The translations under genes were made by a program, and so were the position numbers. Below are positions 46,260-57,034 of a stretch of DNA of 64,000 nt, piece by piece. The notes below the pieces were generated by a model, which saw only the letters and a program-made list of their open reading frames with translations, had not been told where the DNA came from and searched no databases. The stretch is from Eubacteriales bacterium (lineage in GTDB: Bacteria; Bacillota; Clostridia; Oscillospirales; CAG-272). The stretch spans positions 21,369 through 85,368 of the forward strand of contig JAZONS010000066.1 of NCBI GenBank assembly GCA_045654585.1, read 5' to 3'. The first letter of the stretch is position 1. The number at the start of each line of letters is the position of its first letter.

Positions 46260-48200
46260 ATGAAAAAGTTTTACGTCAGATGGCAGCTTATAGTCTACGA
46301 CATTTTAATATTCATTGCGGCAGAATTCTTCTTGCTCTATCTTTACAGGGGCAACGAGGCATTAACGCCAATTGAGGCTTTGATACAGGGCGCGATTTCC
46401 CTTGCCTGCATCTTTACTGCGAGATTTATCGGCAGTATATATCAACAGATCTGGCGCTACGGCGGAGTTCAGTGCTATCTGAGACTTCTTATCGTTGACG
46501 CGATAGCCTTTATCGCAAACTGGATAATACAAAGCATTTTACCAATAGCCGAGGTTACGTTCGCAAGACTTCTCTCTATTGCCAGTGTTTACCTTCTTGC
46601 ATCTCTGGCTATCAGAATGCTGTACAGATACGCATATAACTTCAGAAATTCAAGAACGGCTTACGGTAAGTTATTGGGATCCTTGCTTCATATCTTCGCA
46701 GGGGCTGACGTTGAGCATGAGATCAAAGAGGAATCTAAAAAAATAAAGGTCGCTATTATAGGAGCAGGACACGTTGGCGTATCTCTTGCGGAAGAGCTCA
46801 TTAACGCAAAGAATTCTCCTTATGCGCCGAGATGCTTTATAGATGTAAGAAACGACAAGGTGAACAGAAAAATATTAGGACTTCCCGTCTTTCTCGAAAG
46901 TGAAGCAACCCTCGGATATCTTAAGAGTCATGCTATCGGAGAGGTGCTCTTTGCGCTCCCGAATCTCGACGAGGAAAACAAGCAAAGACTTTACAAATAT
47001 TACACCCATGCCGGCTATAAAGTAAAGGTCTACGACTACCCCTTTATGAATGCTTCATCCAAAAAGCGCCAGATCAGAGAATTTGACATTGAGGAGTTGC
47101 TTTTCAGAAAGCCTATCGTTATCCACGATGAAAAGACGACGGCGTATTACAAAGATAAGGTTATCCTCATCACGGGCGGCGGTGGATCTATCGGATCAGA
47201 GCTTTGCAGACAGCTTGCAAGGATGCATCCCAAGATGATCATTATTCTCGACATCTATGAAAACGGCGCGTACGACGTTCAGCAGGAGCTGAACATTCTC
47301 TACAAAAAAAGTATTGATATAAGAATTGAGATCGCTTCGATCACGAACATAAGGGCTATGGACAGACTCTTTGCCGCCTACCGCCCGAACATCGTTATTA
47401 ATGCCGCGGCGCACAAGCACGTACCGCTTATGGAGCATAACTGCATCGAAGCGGTTGAAAATAACGTCTTCGGAACGAAGAATCTCGTCGAGCTTTGCGA
47501 AAAATACTCGACTGACCGCTTTATGATGGTATCCACGGACAAGGCGGTCAACCCGACGAACGTTATGGGCGCTACCAAGAGGATGTGCGAGATCATCGTG
47601 AAGAACGCAAGTGTTAACGGCAACGTTAAGTACAGCGCTACACGCTTCGGAAACGTGCTTGGCTCTGCGGGATCGGTAATTCCCCTCTTCAAGCGCCAGA
47701 TCGCAAGCGGCGGTCCTATCACGATTACGGACAAGCGCATAATCCGATACTTTATGACTATTCCCGAGGCAGCCGAGCTCGTGCTCGAGTCGGGAGCGTT
47801 GGCGAACAACGGTGAGCTATTCGTTCTTGATATGGGCGAGCCCGTCAGAATTCTTGATCTTGCGGAAAATATGATTCGCCTTTCGGGCGCATTCGACGTT
47901 GAAATAATCGAAACCGGTTTGCGTCCCGGTGAAAAGCTCTACGAGGAGCTTCTCGTCAAAACCGAAGAGCTTGGCAAAACCGAAAACAGCCTTATTTTCA
48001 TCGAAAGGGATACTCCCATTTCCGACGATGACCTCGCCGAAAGGCTCGACGCGCTCCGCGCGGCTTGCGACTCCGGCGACGACGAGGCAGTGCGCGCAGC
48101 GCTTATGAAAGCAGTTCCAACCTTCAAGACTCCCGAAGAGGTTAATGCCACTGCGGAAGAGGCTGAGGAGATGAAATGCAAAAATGTTGTCGTTGTATAA
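46260..48200 (+). CDS. CapD/PglF-type UDP-GlcNAc 4,6-dehydratase
   Basis: N-terminal TMs, GGGGSIGSEL, AAAHKHVP, STDKAVNPTNVMGATK and RFGNVLGS. Confidence 0.92.
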   Translation: MKKFYVRWQLIVYDILIFIAAEFFLLYLYRGNEALTPIEALIQGAISLACIFTARFIGSIYQQIWRYGGVQCYLRLLIVDAIAFIANWIIQSILPIAEVTFARLLSIASVYLLASLAIRMLYRYAYNFRNSRTAYGKLLGSLLHIFAGADVEHEIKEESKKIKVAIIGAGHVGVSLAEELINAKNSPYAPRCFIDVRNDKVNRKILGLPVFLESEATLGYLKSHAIGEVLFALPNLDEENKQRLYKYYTHAGYKVKVYDYPFMNASSKKRQIREFDIEELLFRKPIVIHDEKTTAYYKDKVILITGGGGSIGSELCRQLARMHPKMIIILDIYENGAYDVQQELNILYKKSIDIRIEIASITNIRAMDRLFAAYRPNIVINAAAHKHVPLMEHNCIEAVENNVFGTKNLVELCEKYSTDRFMMVSTDKAVNPTNVMGATKRMCEIIVKNASVNGNVKYSATRFGNVLGSAGSVIPLFKRQIASGGPITITDKRIIRYFMTIPEAAELVLESGALANNGELFVLDMGEPVRILDLAENMIRLSGAFDVEIIETGLRPGEKLYEELLVKTEELGKTENSLIFIERDTPISDDDLAERLDALRAACDSGDDEAVRAALMKAVPTFKTPEEVNATAEEAEEMKCKNVVVV

Positions 48201-48256
48201 TATAAAAACACCACACTATCAATCGTCTATCGAGAAACAACAGGAGACCATTTAAT

Positions 48257-48916
48257 ATGTACAAGCATTTTATAAAAAGACTTTCCGATATTTTGATTTC
48301 TGCTATCGCAATTATTGTGCTTTCAATACCTATGGCAATAATTGCAATTATAATCAAAATCGATTCTAAGGGACCTGTTCTCTTCAAGCAAAAAAGAATC
48401 GGTATACATAAAAAGACTTTTATGATACTCAAATTCAGAAGTATGCCAACTACAGTTCCTAATGATATGCCGACTCATCAATTCAATGCTAAAGATCAGC
48501 TCAGCAAGTGGCAACGCTTTATCAGAAAAACTTCAATTGACGAGCTTCCGCAATTATTCAATATTTTCTTGGGACAGATGAGCATCTGCGGACCTCGTCC
48601 TGCGCTTTGGAATCAGGATGACCTAGTTGCAGAAAGAGATAATTACGGCGCAAATGACGTAAGACCCGGACTCACCGGCTGGGCGCAGATCAACGGACGC
48701 GACGAGCTTGAAATTCCCGTAAAAGCAAAGCTCGACGGCGAATATGCGGCAGCTCTGAACGCAGGCAAGTTCAAGGGCTTCGCTATGGACGTAAAATGCT
48801 TCTTTGGAACTATACTCAGCGTTCTTAAATCCGATGGCGTCGTTGAGGGCGGTACGGGTGAGATAAAGAAACAGGAAGAAGAATCAACAAATAACAAACA
48901 AGAGGTAACAAAATGA
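48257..48916 (+). CDS. Priming polyprenyl glycosylphosphotransferase (bacterial sugar transferase)
   Basis: KRLSDI, KFRSM, DELPQLFNI, GPRP and PGLTGWAQING. Confidence 0.92.
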   Translation: MYKHFIKRLSDILISAIAIIVLSIPMAIIAIIIKIDSKGPVLFKQKRIGIHKKTFMILKFRSMPTTVPNDMPTHQFNAKDQLSKWQRFIRKTSIDELPQLFNIFLGQMSICGPRPALWNQDDLVAERDNYGANDVRPGLTGWAQINGRDELEIPVKAKLDGEYAAALNAGKFKGFAMDVKCFFGTILSVLKSDGVVEGGTGEIKKQEEESTNNKQEVTK

Positions 48917-49809
48917 ATCCTACTGTTAGTGTTGTAGTTGCTACTTATAAAAGAGATATCGCATTAAAAAACGCACTTGACTCTTTAGGCAAACAAACTT
49001 ATAAAGATTTTGAAATTATTTTGGTAGATGACAATGCGAACGAAGAATGGAACGGCAATGTCAATAAAATAGTAGAAGAATTTATTGCAGCCTATCCAAA
49101 AATACACCTGACATACATAGTAAATAATCCTAACCAAGGTTCTGCAAAAACAAGAAATATCGGAATAGATGCTTCTTGCGGAGAATACGTAACGTTTCTT
49201 GATGATGATGATTTATATCTTCCTGAAAAGATTGAAAAGCAAATAAAATTCATGCAGAAACACGATTACGATTATTCCGTTACAGACCTTGATTTATACA
49301 ATGAAAATGACAAGCTTATCGACAAAAGAGTAAGAAGTTTTATAACTGAGACGACGAAAGATGCTCTTCTCAAGTATCATTTAAAATATCATATCACCGG
49401 TACGGATACGATGATGTTCAAAAAGGAATATCTGATTAAGATAGGCAAATTTGCACCTATTGATGTGGGAGACGAATTTTATCTTATTCAAAGAGCTATC
49501 GACCACGAAGGAAAATTTGGCTACCTTCCCGGAAGCGACATAAAAGCTTATGTTCACACAGGTGAAGGCGGTCTTTCAAGCGGTGAAGGAAAAATAAAGG
49601 GCGAAAATTTACTTTACGAGCATAAGAAAAAGTATTTCCATATGCTTAGTGCAAAAGATCGCAGATATATAAGAATGAGGCATTATGCAGTTTTAGGATA
49701 TGCATACTTCCGTACGAAAAAGCTTTTTCAAACTTTTAAGTATATGATCTGCAGTTTCTTCGCTTCACCTGTTAGTTTTACTAAACTTTTGTTGGGGTTG
49801 GAAAAATGA
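48913..49809 (+). CDS. Glycosyltransferase family 2
   Basis: VSVVVATY, EIILVDD and RNIG..FLDDDD. Confidence 0.9.
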   Translation: MNPTVSVVVATYKRDIALKNALDSLGKQTYKDFEIILVDDNANEEWNGNVNKIVEEFIAAYPKIHLTYIVNNPNQGSAKTRNIGIDASCGEYVTFLDDDDLYLPEKIEKQIKFMQKHDYDYSVTDLDLYNENDKLIDKRVRSFITETTKDALLKYHLKYHITGTDTMMFKKEYLIKIGKFAPIDVGDEFYLIQRAIDHEGKFGYLPGSDIKAYVHTGEGGLSSGEGKIKGENLLYEHKKKYFHMLSAKDRRYIRMRHYAVLGYAYFRTKKLFQTFKYMICSFFASPVSFTKLLLGLEK

Positions 49810-50588
49810 GAATTCAAGTTTTGATCTCTACTATGCATCAAAAAGATTACTCGCTTCTTGAAAAAATGAATATTCAAACTGATGCAATCGTAATAAATCA
49901 GTGCGACAAAAACGAAATATGCGAGTTTGAGTATAATGGGCATTCTATAAAGTGGTTTTCTATGAAAGAACGAGGCGTAGGTTTAAGTCGTAATACTGCG
50001 TTAATGCGAGCAGATGCCGACATTGTTCTTTTTGCTGATGATGACGTTGTTTACGATGACGGTTATGAAAAAATAATTTTAGACGAGTTTCAAAAAAAAG
50101 AAAAAGCTTCATTGATGGTATTTAATATAATATCACAGAATGTAAATCGGCCCGAATACATTGATACAAAAACTCATAAACTTCGTTTAACAAATTGCCT
50201 GAGATATGGCGCTTTTCGTATAGCAGTCAGGCTAGATCATATAAAAAAAGCAAATATTTTCTATTCATTACTATTCGGTGGCGGAGCTAAGTATCAAGCT
50301 GGTGAAGATAATCTTTTTATTACCAATTGTTTGCAAAAAAAGTTACTCTGCATTGCATCTTGCGAAACCATCGGAAAAGTCAAGCAAGCGGAATCGACGT
50401 GGTTCAAGGGATACGATGAAAAATATTATTTGGATCGTGGAGCTTTGTTTTCAGCAATGTATGGAAATTTATCAAATTTTATGCTTATTCTCTTTGAAGC
50501 AAAAAGTATATTTAAGAAAAAAGAAATTTCTTTTATAAAAAGATACTCAATAGAAAAAAAAGGGGCGAAAGAATATTCGGATAGGTAA
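49806..50588 (+). CDS. Glycosyltransferase family 2 (GT-A)
   Basis: VLISTM, GVGLSRN, FADDD and GED. Confidence 0.85.
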   Translation: MRIQVLISTMHQKDYSLLEKMNIQTDAIVINQCDKNEICEFEYNGHSIKWFSMKERGVGLSRNTALMRADADIVLFADDDVVYDDGYEKIILDEFQKKEKASLMVFNIISQNVNRPEYIDTKTHKLRLTNCLRYGAFRIAVRLDHIKKANIFYSLLFGGGAKYQAGEDNLFITNCLQKKLLCIASCETIGKVKQAESTWFKGYDEKYYLDRGALFSAMYGNLSNFMLILFEAKSIFKKKEISFIKRYSIEKKGAKEYSDR

Positions 50589-50596
50589 ATTGTGAT

Positions 50597-51418
50597 ATGA
50601 ATGATTATAGAAAATTACAATTGGTACAAGTTTCTATTGTAGAAGATATAGATAGAATATGTCGTGAGAATGGATTGACATATTATATGATAGGCGGAAC
50701 ATTATTAGGTGCAGTAAGACACAAAGGATTTATTCCTTGGGATGATGATATTGATCTTGTGATGTATCGAGAAGATTATGATGCTTTGATATCTATATTG
50801 CAAAAAAAGCATTCTGAAAAATACTTTGTACAGACATTTAATACGGATAAACATTACACAAGATATATTGCAAAGATCAGACTTAACGGAACGAAAATGG
50901 TTGAGTCCTACCTCGAAAACACCAAAGCTCATTCGGGTATCTATGTTGATATTTTTCCTTTGGATCAAACAAAAAAAGATGATGGCTTAGGTTTAAAGCT
51001 CAGAGGAAAAATTGTGCGATGCCTATTTGCATATAAATCCGTAAAGCATGATGCTGTTGTAAAAAAATCGGGTATCAAATACCTTTTCAGCCGAATATTA
51101 AAGTGGACAACATATATAATACCGGATTCGTTTATCAATAAATTATTTGATTATGTATGCTCAAAAGATAATTCGAAAAATTGCAAGTATACAACTAATT
51201 TTGCCAGTCATTTCAAATGGAAAAAACAAATGTTTAAAAACGAAGTGTTTGGCGAAGGCTGTAAATTGGAATTTGAAGGACATATGTTTAACGCTCCAAA
51301 TGAATATTTGACAATATTGGAAAGATTGTATGGCAAGAATTATATGGACATTCCTTCTGAAGAAAAAAGAGAGACCCATAACATTATAGAACTCGATTTT
51401 GGCAACTATTATTCGTAA
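50597..51418 (+). CDS. licD: LicD family phosphotransferase
   Basis: GGTLLGAVRHKGFIPWDDDID and VDIFPLD. Confidence 0.9.
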   Translation: MNDYRKLQLVQVSIVEDIDRICRENGLTYYMIGGTLLGAVRHKGFIPWDDDIDLVMYREDYDALISILQKKHSEKYFVQTFNTDKHYTRYIAKIRLNGTKMVESYLENTKAHSGIYVDIFPLDQTKKDDGLGLKLRGKIVRCLFAYKSVKHDAVVKKSGIKYLFSRILKWTTYIIPDSFINKLFDYVCSKDNSKNCKYTTNFASHFKWKKQMFKNEVFGEGCKLEFEGHMFNAPNEYLTILERLYGKNYMDIPSEEKRETHNIIELDFGNYYS

Positions 51419-51442
51419 TAATGGTAAAGTGAGGTTATAGCC

Positions 51443-51862
51443 ATGAAAATTGGATATACGTCGGGGGTTTACGATATGTTTCATATCGGACATTTGAATA
51501 TTCTAAAATTGGCAAGGAAAAAGTGCGATTATCTGATCGTCGGGGTTACGACCGATGCGCTTTGCTTGAAACGAAAGAATAAATTTCCAATTATTTGCGA
51601 AAAAGACAGAGTAGAAATAATAAAGTCAATTAGATATGTTGATAAAGTGATATTGCAAGAAGATATGAACAAGCTTAATGTTATAAAAAAATATAACGTT
51701 GATGTTGTTTTTGTTGGATCTGATTGGAAAGGAACTCCAGCATGGATACAATATGAACGCGATTTTTTAAAGGAAGGGTGTACAGTAGAGTATTTACCTC
51801 ATACAGACGGAGTATCTTCAACAATTTTACGGGATAAATTGCTCGATAATAAAAATAGTTAA
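51443..51862 (+). CDS. Glycerol-3-phosphate cytidylyltransferase (TagD-like)
   Basis: GVYDMFHIGHLN, VGSDW and TDGVSST. Confidence 0.85.
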   Translation: MKIGYTSGVYDMFHIGHLNILKLARKKCDYLIVGVTTDALCLKRKNKFPIICEKDRVEIIKSIRYVDKVILQEDMNKLNVIKKYNVDVVFVGSDWKGTPAWIQYERDFLKEGCTVEYLPHTDGVSSTILRDKLLDNKNS

Positions 51863-51874
51863 TTAGGAATTAAT

Positions 51875-53125
51875 ATGAATACAATAGTTGATGCTAGTAA
51901 CAAAGCGCATATTTATAAAAACCGAGGCAAATTTTTACACATTGTGTTTTTCATATATTGGGCTGTTTTGGTAATTTGGCAAAACATTGGTGAATATACC
52001 GCTGGAACAACTATGGACACCATGTTAAAAATGGTGCTTCTTTTAGGTCTTGCTGCGAGTTATTTTCTTAATGTCCAAAATGCGAAAATAGATTGGATAC
52101 ACTTTTTATTGCTTCTAATATTTATCGTTACGCAGATAGTTACATTATATATGGAATTGAGCCTCAGTTTGAGCCTTATAGTTTCTTACGTTTTCCCATC
52201 TTTATTAATATTTCTTTCATGCGTTTATGGTAATAATTATAAAGTAATCAAAAAAGAGTATCTTGTCTTTCTAAACTGCGTGATAGCTGTGGTTGCATAT
52301 ACTGCTATCTATGCCGTGATTTTTAAAACCGAACAATTTTTGTCCGCTTTTTCTATTTCAAGCGCATATGGTAACGAATTATCATCTTTTTTTGTAAGTA
52401 ATCACGAATACGGTATGTATCTGATTGCCGGAATAATTGGTTGCATCGTTTGTCTTGAATTAAAAAAGGATGAACAATTAAAACACAAAATTGTATATTT
52501 ATTATGCATTTTGCTCTTTATTCCTAACTTAATTCTTACTTACTCTCGTACTTCTATTTTTGCAATGGTTGGCTTTTTGATTATATATGTTATGTTTAGA
52601 GGGAAAAGTAAGACTAAAATGCTTTTTATCATCGGTGCTGTTATGGTTATTATAGCCTTTGTACTTTTGGACACATTCAGGGAATTTGTTTTAAAAATTG
52701 TTTTAAAGGAAAACAATCTTGCAGGACGCGACGATTTATACAAAATCGCAATAGAGTATTTTAAAGACGGTAATTTGGTACAGCAACTTTTTGGAAGAGG
52801 TATACAAGCTACGCGTGAACATTTAGAAGCAGAAGCAGCTCACGAAAGCGCGCATAACGCATATCTTCAAATCTTATTGTATTACGGAATTGTAGGACTC
52901 ACTTTTATGTTAGGGTTCTTGGCAATGCGTGTTATTTCTGCACTCAGATTGATTAGTAAAGATCGTTTTTGGGGAGTTTTATCACTCGGTCTTATAGCGG
53001 TTTGTTCGTTAGTAATGTTTTCAAATACTGCTTTTATCTTCAATTCTCCAATAGATTCCTTTTTCTTAACTATGTTTATGATTATAATGCCAAAATATTT
53101 GGAAAACAGCATTCGGAGCAATTAA
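51875..53125 (+). CDS. O-antigen ligase/Wzy polymerase family membrane protein
   Basis: About 11 TM, LTYSRT, GR..LY and AHNAYLQ..YGIVG. Confidence 0.8.
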   Translation: MNTIVDASNKAHIYKNRGKFLHIVFFIYWAVLVIWQNIGEYTAGTTMDTMLKMVLLLGLAASYFLNVQNAKIDWIHFLLLLIFIVTQIVTLYMELSLSLSLIVSYVFPSLLIFLSCVYGNNYKVIKKEYLVFLNCVIAVVAYTAIYAVIFKTEQFLSAFSISSAYGNELSSFFVSNHEYGMYLIAGIIGCIVCLELKKDEQLKHKIVYLLCILLFIPNLILTYSRTSIFAMVGFLIIYVMFRGKSKTKMLFIIGAVMVIIAFVLLDTFREFVLKIVLKENNLAGRDDLYKIAIEYFKDGNLVQQLFGRGIQATREHLEAEAAHESAHNAYLQILLYYGIVGLTFMLGFLAMRVISALRLISKDRFWGVLSLGLIAVCSLVMFSNTAFIFNSPIDSFFLTMFMIIMPKYLENSIRSN

Positions 53126-53146
53126 TTAGTCTTGGAGGAATTTTTC

Positions 53147-54397
53147 TTGAATAAAAAAATCAAACTTTTGATTATTTCTAATGAACCGCTGTCTAATACA
53201 TCCTCAAACGGAAGAACTCTTCGTAATTTCCTACTTGAAATTCCCAAGGATCAAAAAGCGCAGTTCTATATTCATGGTGATCCCGATAAAGAAGCGTGTT
53301 CAAACTTTTATAGGATTTCCGACAAAGATGCACTCAATGCTTTTTTCTTCAAGCAAAAAAGAGTTGAAAGTCCATCAAATAATTCGTCAGAAAATAACAA
53401 AAAGCAAGTAAATAAAAATTGCTTTACTATGGTCATACGTGATATTGTCTGGAGAAGCTACCGATGGTGGAAAAAAGATTTTGATAGATTTATCGAAGAT
53501 TTTTCTCCTAACGTAGTTTTACTTCAAGCAGGTGATTCTCCATTTATGTTTTCTATTGCATTAAAAATAGCAAAAAAATATAAACTTCCTCTTATAATGT
53601 ACAACAGCGAAGAATACGTATTGAAAAAAAAGATATATAGCAGTGCTTCAAAATTTTCAATATGGAGACAAATATTACAAAACCGATTAAAACGAGTATA
53701 TAATCAATTTGTAGAAAATGCAAGTTGCTGTATATATAACACAGATTATTTAGCTGAAAAGTATAAAAAACAATACCCTCATCATAAAAAAATTTCTGTT
53801 TTATACACGGTTAGTGAGTTAACCAAGATAAGAGATAATTCTATTAACGATAGATTCAGTTTGCTTTATTGCGGAAATCTTGGTGTTGGTCGTGTATTCT
53901 CCTTAGATGAGCTTGCAAAAATTTTATACCATATAGACGAAAACGCAGTTTTAGATGTTTACGGTACTTTTCCCGACGATGAATCTAAGCAAATTTTATG
54001 CTCAAATCCCAACGTGCATTACGGCGGTGTAGTGCCTTATGAGAAAATTCCCTGCCTTATGAGCAATGCATCAATGCTACTTCATTGCGAGAATTCCGAA
54101 CGCCTCGAAGATCTTCGCGGAGCCTTTTCCACAAAGATAGCAGATAGCCTCGCATCTGGAAGGCCATTTATCGTGTATGCCACGCGAAAATACCCTTTTG
54201 TTCAATATCTTGAAAGATACGACTGCGCACATATTGCTGATAATTCAGACGAATTAGAACTTTCACTTAAAAAATGCATTTCGGATGTGAATTATCGTAA
54301 CAAATACATTCAAAACGCACTTAAAGTTGCAGAATCAAATCATAGTGTAAAACAGAATTGTTTAATCATGGAAAAGATATTAAAGGATATTTTATGA
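53147..54397 (+). CDS. GT-B (family 4-like) glycosyltransferase
   Basis: TTG start after GGAGG; YCGNLG..R and FSTKIADSLASGRP. Confidence 0.75.
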   Translation: MNKKIKLLIISNEPLSNTSSNGRTLRNFLLEIPKDQKAQFYIHGDPDKEACSNFYRISDKDALNAFFFKQKRVESPSNNSSENNKKQVNKNCFTMVIRDIVWRSYRWWKKDFDRFIEDFSPNVVLLQAGDSPFMFSIALKIAKKYKLPLIMYNSEEYVLKKKIYSSASKFSIWRQILQNRLKRVYNQFVENASCCIYNTDYLAEKYKKQYPHHKKISVLYTVSELTKIRDNSINDRFSLLYCGNLGVGRVFSLDELAKILYHIDENAVLDVYGTFPDDESKQILCSNPNVHYGGVVPYEKIPCLMSNASMLLHCENSERLEDLRGAFSTKIADSLASGRPFIVYATRKYPFVQYLERYDCAHIADNSDELELSLKKCISDVNYRNKYIQNALKVAESNHSVKQNCLIMEKILKDIL

Positions 54398-55911
54398 AAC
54401 TTGATAAGGTTAAACAAAGCATTCCAACATTAATGCTAGTAATTATAGTTTCAAAAATCGTTGGAATGCTTAGAGAGATCGTTCTTGCCAATTATTTTGG
54501 AACATCATACATAAGCGATGCTTATCTTATTGCAAGCTCTGTACCAACTTTATTGTTTTATTTTATAGGTCATTCTATTTCAACCGCATACATACCGTTA
54601 TATAATAAAACCAAGAACTCTGGCGGAGAATCCAAAGGATTAAAATATACCAATTCTATCCTTAATATCTCTTTTATTGTTGGTACTGCATTAGTAGTTT
54701 TAATACTGTCTTTTCCTGTGGCTGTAATAAAACTGTTTGCGTTTGGATTTGACGGAGAGGAAGTTAAACTAACAGTAAGTTTTATTCGTATCAGTGCGGT
54801 AAGTATTTACCTTATGATAATAATTAACGTATTGAGCGGATATTTACAAGCAAATAAAAATTTTCTTATGCCCGCAGCTGTTAGCCTCCCCAGAAACGCA
54901 GTAATCATAGTTTCAATTGTTATTGCCGCAATATTCGGTGTTCAATGGCTTGGTATAGGACTCTTGCTTGCATATATTGCAGAATTTATATTTCTTTTAC
55001 CATTTGCTTTTGCTAAGGGATACAGATATAGACCTATTTTTGACTTTAAAAATGACTATGTTAAAGAAACATGGTATATGATTGTTCCTATCCTTGTAGG
55101 AATGTTTGTCAGCCAAATAAATAAAATGGTAGATAGGTCACTCGCCTCATCGGTATGCGAAGGCGGAGTATCTGCATTGACGTATGCATCAGTCATTAAC
55201 AACGCCGTTCAAGAGATACTTGTTACGGGAATTATTACCGTACTCTTTTCGCACTGCGCTGAATGGGTGGTGAAAAACGAACACGAAAAAGTAAAACAGA
55301 AATTAACTTCAACATTAAATACGTTAATAATGCTTTTACTTCCTGCCACAGTAGGTGTTATATTGCTCTCAAAACCAATCGTTGAATTAGTTTTGGGAAG
55401 AGGCGAATTTGGCGAAATATCGACAAATATGACTGTAGGTGCACTTTGTTGTTATACTGCAGGGTTAACATTTTTAGCAATCAGAGATACCTTAGTAAAA
55501 GTGTTTTATGCTTATAAAAAAACAAAATCAACTACGATAGTTGCAATTATCGCAATTCTAATTAATATTATACTCAATCTTTCATTGTATAAGATTATAG
55601 GCCTAAACGGACTTGCCCTTGCAACTACTGTTTCAGCTGTTTTTCACAGCATAGTATTGTATCTTATTTTAAGAAAGCAAATTGGAGATTTTGGATTTAA
55701 AAGCACCGTAATAGTTACCGTAAAATCCGCTATTTCAAGCGCAGCAATGTTTACCGTTGTTTATGGTCTTAAACATATTACGTCTTCACTTTATAGCTGG
55801 ATTTCTCTAGTGCTTTGTATAGTTGTGGGAATGGTGGTTTATTTTGCAATCACATTGCTATTAAAAACGGAACCTATAATGGTATTTATAAAAAAATTAA
55901 AAATACATTGA
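54394..55911 (+). CDS. MurJ/MviN-family flippase
   Basis: SKIVGMLRE..FGT...DAY, VDRSLAS, RG.F and GLALAT. Confidence 0.85.
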   Translation: MKLDKVKQSIPTLMLVIIVSKIVGMLREIVLANYFGTSYISDAYLIASSVPTLLFYFIGHSISTAYIPLYNKTKNSGGESKGLKYTNSILNISFIVGTALVVLILSFPVAVIKLFAFGFDGEEVKLTVSFIRISAVSIYLMIIINVLSGYLQANKNFLMPAAVSLPRNAVIIVSIVIAAIFGVQWLGIGLLLAYIAEFIFLLPFAFAKGYRYRPIFDFKNDYVKETWYMIVPILVGMFVSQINKMVDRSLASSVCEGGVSALTYASVINNAVQEILVTGIITVLFSHCAEWVVKNEHEKVKQKLTSTLNTLIMLLLPATVGVILLSKPIVELVLGRGEFGEISTNMTVGALCCYTAGLTFLAIRDTLVKVFYAYKKTKSTTIVAIIAILINIILNLSLYKIIGLNGLALATTVSAVFHSIVLYLILRKQIGDFGFKSTVIVTVKSAISSAAMFTVVYGLKHITSSLYSWISLVLCIVVGMVVYFAITLLLKTEPIMVFIKKLKIH

Positions 55912-55993
55912 TTGTTGGATATTTTTAAATTATAATTTATCAAACCGATCAATCAATTGATAGAGTATTAAATCGAACTTGGAGGAAACAATT

Positions 55994-57034
55994 GTGGGAC
56001 TCTTTACCAATAAAACACTTTTAATTACCGGCGGTACCGGTTCATTCGGTAATGCCGTGCTGAACCGATTCCTTCGCACAGATATTGGAGAAATCCGTAT
56101 CTTTTCTCGTGACGAAAAGAAACAGGATGATATGCGCCATGAGTTTCAGGCTAAAATGCCTGAGGTGGCAGATAAGATCAGTTTCTATATCGGTGACGTG
56201 CGTGATCTTGCATCCGTCAAAAACGCTATGCATGGGGTAGACTATATATTCCATGCGGCTGCACTGAAGCAAGTTCCCTCTTGTGAGTTCTTCCCTATTG
56301 AAGCTGTTAAGACAAACGTGCTCGGCACGGAAAACGTGCTGACCGCCGCTATTGAGGCAGGCGTCAAGAACGTAGTTTGCCTTTCTACGGATAAGGCTGC
56401 TTATCCCGTTAATGCTATGGGAACCTCTAAGGCAATGATGGAAAAGGTTATCGTTGCTAAAGCGCGTACGACAAAAACCACAAAAATCTGCTGCACACGT
56501 TACGGAAACGTTATGTGCTCTCGCGGTTCTGTTATTCCGCTTTGGATAGATCAGATCAGAAACGGAAATCCAATTACTTTGACCGAGCCCACAATGACTC
56601 GATTTATTATGTCGCTCGACGAAGCTGTTGACCTAGTGCTCTTCGCTTTTGAGCACGGTGAGCCCGGTGATATTCTCGTTCAAAAGGCTCCCGCCTGCAC
56701 GATTCAGACTCAGGCTGAGGCTGTTTGCGATCTATTTGGCGGAAATAAAGAGGATATTAAGATCATCGGAATCCGTCACGGCGAAAAGATGTATGAAACA
56801 CTCTTAACAAACGAAGAGTGCGCTCACGCCATTGATATGGGCAACTTCTACCGTGTTCCCTGCGATAAACGCGGTTTAAACTACGATAAGTATTTTAGTA
56901 AAGGTGATACCGAGCGAAACACGTTAACAGAATTCAATTCAAATAATACTCAGCTCTTAACAGTAGAAGAGACAAAAGCTAAAATCGCCGCTCTTGCTTA
57001 TATTAAAGAAGAGCTCGCAAAGGATGCAAAATAA
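55994..57034 (+). CDS. fnlA: UDP-GlcNAc 4,6-dehydratase/5-epimerase (FnlA/CapE/WbjB)
   Basis: GGTGSFG, HAAALKQVPSCEF and STDKAAYP; GTG start after GGAGG. Confidence 0.9.
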   Translation: MGLFTNKTLLITGGTGSFGNAVLNRFLRTDIGEIRIFSRDEKKQDDMRHEFQAKMPEVADKISFYIGDVRDLASVKNAMHGVDYIFHAAALKQVPSCEFFPIEAVKTNVLGTENVLTAAIEAGVKNVVCLSTDKAAYPVNAMGTSKAMMEKVIVAKARTTKTTKICCTRYGNVMCSRGSVIPLWIDQIRNGNPITLTEPTMTRFIMSLDEAVDLVLFAFEHGEPGDILVQKAPACTIQTQAEAVCDLFGGNKEDIKIIGIRHGEKMYETLLTNEECAHAIDMGNFYRVPCDKRGLNYDKYFSKGDTERNTLTEFNSNNTQLLTVEETKAKIAALAYIKEELAKDAK